Source: Octopus vulgaris
Lineage: Eukaryota
DNA length: 64,000 nucleotides
NCBI GenBank assembly: GCA_951406725.2
Contig: OX597821.1
Location: forward strand, 71,362,001-71,426,000
Direction of reading: 5' to 3'
Position numbers and translations under genes: made by a program. The notes beneath the pieces are model-generated. The model saw only the letters and a list, made by a program, of their open reading frames with translations, ran no database searches and was not told the DNA's origin. Below, in pieces: positions 56,610 to 64,000 of the stretch. Every line of letters begins with the position of its first letter. Position 1 is the stretch's first letter.

Positions 56610-57003
56610 TAATAGTTATCGCCATACTAATATGGTAGTCTATAAATATAAGACTAAAACTGTCGCTGATTAGCTCCAAGAGGCCATCGGCTCTAGCTAG
56701 CTATTTGACGCACGAACCTGCGTCCATTACAAACCTTCGAACAGGGGAGTTCAGCCGCTTCACCTTGCTAGTCAGACATCTGCAGACATGTTTCAGGGTT
56801 GTTGCCCTTTATCAATGCAGCGTAGTCATTGATACTGACCGTCGCTACTGACCGTCTGTTCGAAGATTTTATTTACCTAGTTACAGTGGAATACATCCAT
56901 GTCAAATAGCTAGCTAGAGGCGATGGCTTCTTGGAGCTAATCAGCGACAGCTTTAGTCTTATATTTATAGACTACCATATTAGTATGGCGATAACTATTA
57001 ATA
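56607..57003. mobile_element. Fold-back element with ~100-bp arms enclosing a hammerhead
   Basis: Arms 56607-56709 and 56901-57003; (TA)n on both sides. Confidence 0.78.
56780..56820 (-). ncRNA. Intact type I hammerhead with U3/A8 core and GUC triplet
   Basis: ctgca-TTGATAA-aggg[caacaa]ccct-GAAAC-at-GTC-tgcag. Confidence 0.82.
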
Positions 57004-57057
57004 TCCAGTAACGCTGCCGTAATCTCCTTTAGAGAGACTTAATAGTTTTAATATTTC

Positions 57058-57137
<80 letters not shown>

Positions 57138-57378
57138 TTTCCTAGTCAGAGTATATAACCGGACTAAAAGGTAACCATTGGTTTCGCGTACACTATCGAT
57201 TGCACTTGGCGGTCTGAAGAATATTTAATAATATTGCCAAGTGCGATAGTAGACGCGAAAACTAATGGTTTCTGACACATTATATGCTATAACCAGGAAT
57301 ATACTGCTCGACAATAGAAAAATATAACCGTCTTTCAGAGTGCGCATATTTACTGGTTTATGGACACCTAACCGATAA

Positions 57379-57451
<73 letters not shown>

Positions 57452-57647
57452 GTGTGTGTGTACTAGATATTCCAAAGAAAGAAGGATTCCAACAGATTGT
57501 GAATTAATGTGGGTGTTTGGAAGTTCAATGTCATGGAGTGACATTCGGTGTGAGGTTACGTAACCTGAAAGCAACTGAGGTTCACGTTATGTAATTCCTA
57601 TTTATCTCAGAGAAATTGATGCGGACCACATAAATATACATACATGC

Positions 57648-57697
<50 letters not shown>

Positions 57698-57788
57698 ACA
57701 CACACATATATGCACAAATACATATATATATGTATGTGTGTGTGTTTATATATGTTCACACATACACTCACACACACAAGCACGTATG

Positions 57789-57846
<58 letters not shown>

Positions 57847-58005
57847 TATATAGATCACGGTTGATTTAGACATTGGCTTTCGTTGTGTAGGTTGCCAATG
57901 TGAATGGTTTGCTTTGTTAACAATCCTAGATAGGAAAAAAACCTCAAAATGTTTCCTCTTCGACAACACAACACATACACACAGGCACACACGCAAACAC
58001 ACGCT

Positions 58006-58036
<31 letters not shown>

Positions 58037-58636
58037 GAACTCACGCAAACACACGCTCACACACACTCACACACGACTGTAAGTGAGTGTATAGGTGTGT
58101 ATGTTTAGGGAGATGTCTATATGTATATTTGTTATATATACATTGAACTGAATGAAGAATGAGATGTAGAACTTACGGAAGTGTATAAGAAAAGAGCGAT
58201 TGTACAGAACGCCCGACGATATAATACAGAATATAATGGACAGATTGAAGTACGCCGACCTTTCTCTCTCTCTCCCACTCGCTTTATCCAGTATTGAACT
58301 TGTAGACAAACCCATGCCGTCATCGATACATTTCCAGCCTCAATCGAATGGCGGTAACATACATGATTGAATAAATAATCGTGCAACTTTATGAAGATGT
58401 TCACCGACGTCGGTGCACAATTTAATAAATCTAGGTTTGGCAAAGAAGGTGTTTCGTTTAAGAATGGTAATTTCAGTGAATAAGGTGTCTGAGGAACCTG
58501 GACAGTGCATTTTAATTTAAGATCGATATTTGGAAGATATAAATGTCAGTAAGGAAGCAAAAATTTTGATGCTCTCACGTCGTGTTGCATAGGTAATCCT
58601 TGGCCATTCCGGTATAATGGCATAACTACAGTAAAG

Positions 58637-58870
58637 GGCGGCGAGCTGGCAGAACCGTTAGCACGCCGGGCGAAATGCGTAGCCGTATTTCGTCTGCCGT
58701 TACGTTCTGAGCTCAAATTCAACCAAGGTCGACTTTGCCTTTTATCCTTTCGGGGTCGATAAATTAGTACCAGTTACACACTGGTGTCGATGTATTCGAC
58801 TTAATCCGTTTATCTGTCTTTGTTTGTCCTCTCTGTGTTTGGCCCCTTGTGGGTAGTAAAGAAATAGGTA
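58637..58870 (+). mobile_element. SINE family A monomer
   Basis: Full head, body and tail; flanking tacagtaaa duplication. Confidence 0.92.
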
Positions 58871-59695
58871 TAAATACAGTAAACTTCTGATTGAAACCTG
58901 AAACCAACGAAGCTCTTGTTGAGCAAATCCTATATGAATATATAATATATTCCCACATAAGCTATGTTTGAATATTAGACATGACGGTCACGACTGGAGT
59001 ATCTTTGATCAAAAGTCTTGTCAACTAGTTCTGACCTGAAGCTAAATTCAGCGTTCATTTATTCGTGGCCATTTTGTTTGTTTAATTCTAAAGCTGCTCG
59101 GTCAGTGAATCTTGAGCGATATATATATATTTATGCTCCAGATCATTCTTCATCGTCTCCATTCAGCTGTTTAAGACAAAGTTAGAGACCCCACTTCATG
59201 ACGGTGACCAACCAAATGTCAATAAAAGATTGTAATCCGAGCTAACGAGAAGGGAGATGTTTACGTGGTCGAGCAAACCTTCCCGAAAGAGTAAGCCAAT
59301 CTTTCTCAAAATCATACCCGAATATCTTAAAGGAAAAGACACATTAGATAATGCCGTCGTAGACAGAACTAAAAGGCGAAAAGGTCGTATCTGGAACGTA
59401 TTTACTCGATCGTGTGTCCGACTTAAGACAAAATAACAGCAACGCTACCACAACCATTAAAATAGCAACAACAACAACAAGTTCCAATCGTTCGGTTCCA
59501 CTTACTTTCTGTTAACATGCAATGTTCTCCCCCTTCTTCTTCGGTCCTCCCTTCCTATCTAAACGTGACCCTCACCACCCAACAGCATTCTCACCCACCG
59601 CATTATTTTGTGTTGCTATAAAGCAAGTATCAAAGAAATACGATATTGCACTCACACACGGAGCCCTCTTCCCCGAAACACACACACACGCACAC

Positions 59696-59767
<72 letters not shown>

Positions 59768-59845
59768 CAAAGACGCACCGTATACACAAACACACGTTCA
59801 CATACGCTAGAACGTTCTTCCGTACATACACCACCTACACATACG

Positions 59846-59880
<35 letters not shown>

Positions 59881-61411
59881 GAAAACAGTCCCAAATATAC
59901 ACATATACATGCAGACACGAACACATACACGGTCAAATACATGTTCACATGCTCACATACACACCTACACATACATAAGCTCTTATACTGACACACTCAT
60001 ACATATACATTTACGCACAGACACACACACACATACATACACACACATACATACACACACACATACACACACACACAAACATGATTCGTTCTGTTTTTAT
60101 TCTCCTTTATTGATATCCGTTTAACGCAATAAATTTAACAGCGAGATTTATTTTGTTAATTTTGGTTTTTATATGTTTTTAAAATCGAATGTCAGGATTT
60201 TTGGAAGGAAGGTTTCAAGGCATTTTGTTTGTTTCCACATAAAACATAAACCATCCAATTCCTGCAGGTGTGGCACTGTTGACTGGCATGATATGTGCGT
60301 GATGAGATGTGTTCGCGAATGTTTATTGGTCTAAAAGTACAAGGGTGATTTGCCACTGTATTTATGAGTTCTCTTAAAAGAATCGCGATAACATTTCTAC
60401 CATTCGAGGGAGTCTCTCAGTCAGGTCTCTCAGTTTACTAGAAAGAGCAACTAGATATCTCTGAAATCATATTCTACTGTTTTGGAAACAAGTGAAGGAC
60501 GCATTTTTTATCGCTTTGCCAAGAGATAAGGACAGGACCCATGATCTTTTACAGAGTTTTCGTGGTTAACGAGAAATGGGTATCCTTAAACCAGAGATAG
60601 AGTTTTAATGCCTTCAAAAACGTTGGGGTTACACTAAAGCCACAGAAGAACTAGTCGGAGGTGTTAAACCGAAAGACAGTTTAATTTTGGCATTCAAGTA
60701 GAGTACGGCAGGATTTGAACTCAGAATAATAAGTACCAGAATAAATACAGCAAAAGATTCCTTCTAACGCTCTGACGCACCAATCCAACACCCAAAACCA
60801 GAACTTCATTTATCGATTCCCTGAATGACAGGCAACGAGCTGGAACTGGGAAATCTTGGTCTTAGATATACTTGTGTCTGAAAGACAAAGAAAAAAAAGA
60901 CAGCATCGGTACAGCTGCAGTTTTTTATGATTATAGATTTCAATGAAGAAGGCTAACACCAGGTTCGTATTATTTTAAAAGCTATGATTGTATTTCCTGG
61001 GAGAAACATATCACTCTTGATTTCTGATCACAATCTCTAAGTCACTCACTTCAAATATTGCTAATGCCATCAGCAATATTCGAGGCGCTGTCGATTGTCA
61101 AAATCGCTGGAGTGTCGGACAAAATTCCTTTTAGGTATTTACTTAGGTTTCTTTGTGTTTAAATTCAAATTAGTTTTTGTTAACGACATTAGGATTGTGG
61201 GCAACTTTGCATGGACTTCATTTGTTGACAGTTTACTTTCTCCTTTATGCCATTCACTTCCAGTTCTCATTGTCGACTTCCAGCACATTACTTTTACCAG
61301 CTAATTTTGAGTTCTAGATCCACACCAATCTTCATTGTTTACATTGCTCCCACAAAACAATTTCGTTCTTGTAAACTCAATGGAATCTTGTCTCTTGTTT
61401 ATTGCTTTCAG

Positions 61412-61501
61412 ATTTTGAACAACCCTTGGGAGAGTTTTTGTATATGAATTATACGGATATCCTCAGTTCACAGAAGGTCTTCAATTCGCCCTATTACATA
61501 G
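61412..61501 (+). CDS. Candidate 90-nt phase-1 symmetric host exon: (D)FEQPLGEFLYMNYTDILSSQKVFNSPYYI(G)
   Basis: Strong acceptor ttgtctcttgtttattgctttcag, donor ag|gtgaga, open frame, length divisible by 3, non-repetitive context. Confidence 0.5.
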
Positions 61502-61662
61502 GTGAGACCCTTCTACACACAAAGGGTTTGATTAGTTTCACCTGGGTATCGATCGTGCGATACGGTCCAACTGTTTCATTTGTTGTATATCGCCATATTC
61601 GTTGAAAATAGGCGTGAACATTACAAAGCGCCATTCTCCTTATTAGTATTAACTGTAACAAA

Positions 61663-62227
61663 GGCGGCGAGTTGGCAGAACTGTTAGCACGCTGGGCAAA
61701 ATGCGTAGCCGTATTTCGTCTGCCGTTACGTTGAGTTCAAATTCCGCCGAGGTCGACTTTGCCTGTCATCCTTTCGGGGTTGATTATATAAGTACCAGTT
61801 ACGCACTGGGGTCAATGTAATCGACTTAATCCGTGTGTCTGTCCTTGTTTGTCCCCTCTGTGTTTAGCTCCTTGTGGGTAGAAAAGAAATAGGTATTTAG
61901 TCTGCCGTTACGTTCTGAGTTCAAATTCCGCCGAGGTCGACTTTGCCTTTCATCCTTTCGGGGTCGATTAAATAAGTACCAGTTACGCACTGGGGTCGAT
62001 ATAATCGACTTAATCCGTTTGTCTTCTCTGTGTTTAGCCCCTTGTGGGTAGTAAAGAAATAGGTATTTCGTCGGTCTTTACGTTCTGAGTTCAAATTCTA
62101 CCGAGGTTGAATTTGCCTTTCATCCTACCGGGGTCTACAAATCAAGTACCAGTTAAACACCGAGATCGATATAATCGACTAACCCCTCCCTCAAAATTGC
62201 TGGCCTTGTGCCAAAAGTTGATATCAA
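61663..62227 (+). mobile_element. SINE family A composite with three bodies
   Basis: TSD tattaa(c/t)tgtaac at 61647-61659 and 62228-62240. Confidence 0.92.
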
Positions 62228-62914
62228 TATTAATTGTAACTCATTTCTGAAGAAGTTGCAGAATTTAATTCTAAATAACCGTCAATTTTCAACAGGTCCG
62301 CTGACATCGCCCTAAGTTTTTCTCATCTTTTAATCTTTAATTCTTAACTGCAAATTCAACGTCAGTGAGATAATATCAAACATGAGCAATGCAGACCGTT
62401 TATTTATGTGTCAATTTCCAGTTAGTCTTGTGTTTTACAAACAAATCTTTATCGCTCTTATCTGTTTTGCTCTCATAACAAGTGAAGTGAAACGGCTTCG
62501 TTTTTATTGTTGTAGTTTAGCTGCTGGTCGACTCTACTCCAACGTAATTTTGACCAAATGCATTCCAGCCGTAAACATTCAGTCTTTCTTTTCAAGCACA
62601 GTGTATCTAGAGCTACATTATTTAAGATGTTCTTCCCTTGAAAACTGAGGGATATGTGATCGTGATCGTATGTCCAGCTTATAGCTTAATGCTATTGATA
62701 AAATATTTATTCTTGAAGACTCAATATATACCTTATACCTTAAAAAAAAAACGTAATTAATTACGACAGAAGCAGTATTAATACCATAATGTAATTTTGA
62801 TCTCCAACTTAATGTGGTCGTTGCGAATAGAACATAGAATATTGTGTTATTTGCCTTGAAAGAAACTCTATATACATATACATATATATATGTGTGTGTA
62901 TGTATGTATATGCA

Positions 62915-63115
62915 TGTGTGTTTGTGTCCGTATTTCCAGCACCTCCCACAGCTCGACAACCAGAGTTGCGTCTTTTAGCGTCCCTTTAGCATAGCTGTTG
63001 GGCAAAAGAGACCAATAGAATACGTACCAGACTTAATAAATAAATAATCGTATCGATTTGTTTGACTAAACCCTTGAAGGTGGGACCCCAGCATGGCCAT
63101 AATCCAATGACTGAA
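62915..63115 (+). mobile_element. Old SINE family B 3' half
   Basis: ggcaaaagagaccaatagaa...ccccagcatggcc...gactgaa. Confidence 0.7.
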
Positions 63116-64000
63116 TGAAAACATTACGTATCCTAAAATTGAAGGTACATTTTGATGTTCATTCAGAAATTGAATTTATATCTTCGACTTGCGCAGTTCA
63201 CGACCCAAATCTGAATTTCAGATTCTGATTTCTTTTCGATGCTGTTTCCCTTTTAAGGTCATTGACTTTCGAATGAAACTTAGAGGCCAAAATAGTCTCG
63301 TATTTATTTGGTGAAGAGAAATTTGAAGAACCTTATGAATCGCAAATACATGTTGATTGTGGATGTCAAGAGAAGTCAAACTAACTAAATATCACACTGG
63401 TTCTTCATTCTTACTTGAAATGTAGACTAGCCTTCAATTGCATTGTTTGAACAAATACTTTTATTTTGCCTGTCTTGCAAATGACAAAAATACATAAAGA
63501 AACAACCCAGAAATATATTTTCAGATTCTTTAACGAACTCCAAACTAAAAATGGGTTTCTATTAGAAAAAATATTATTTCCCAACATTGAGAAGGTTTTA
63601 CATTTCATGCATAAATACGTTCTCATCCGCAAGATATCGTATCAGAATAATTAAGTTGTAAAACTCGAACAACAATCACCAAAAGGGGAAATTTCTCTTG
63701 TGCTGTAGTTTTAAGTATTCGAGAGATAATTTCTCTTTGGTTTTGGGAACATTTTCAGATTCTCTGCTACATCTATCCCCGTTTATTTGATTAAAGATTC
63801 AGTAATAAATGAATCCCCTCCACCCGCTTTGTACATGGAATGAATGCTAAGTTCATTGGCAACAAACACGAGACCCACATATTTTCTGGATCATTTCTGC
63901 CATTTCCTGCAGAGAAACAACTCGTCTGAGTCGTTTGTTAGAATTGGGAATCTTCAAATTTTTCCTGTCCATTGGTCCCATGCTGATGGGTTCGAGTATG

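Noticed and set aside
63411-64000. Short ORFs and splice-like sites at the window end
   Set aside because: Several conflicting frames, no motif, truncated by the window edge.

Overview
AT-rich eukaryotic DNA, intronic or intergenic. The SINE families and the extreme (TA)n/(TATG)n/(TATC)n/(TAA)n/(CA)n load point to an octopus genome (inference). Nearly all ORFs in the supplied track are microsatellite read-throughs. The real content is decayed mobile DNA: three tRNA-derived SINE families, CR1/L2-like and RTE LINE fragments, a stack of R4/Dong-type LINE ends in (TAA)n, five Tc1/mariner relics, a hAT-like MITE and a Penelope-like (GIY-YIG) fragment. At most one or two host exons are visible (best candidate 61412-61501, +). 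The main unexplained signal is about 20 hammerhead-ribozyme (HHR) motifs from at least 8 different short non-coding elements. These elements sit in or beside (TA)n tracts, often as fold-backs, and have the palindromic minimal stem III typical of Penelope-associated dimeric HHRs. Three unrelated families independently carry the compensatory C3U/G8A catalytic-core swap. All calls were made by eye; no search or folding was run, and degraded boundaries are approximate.
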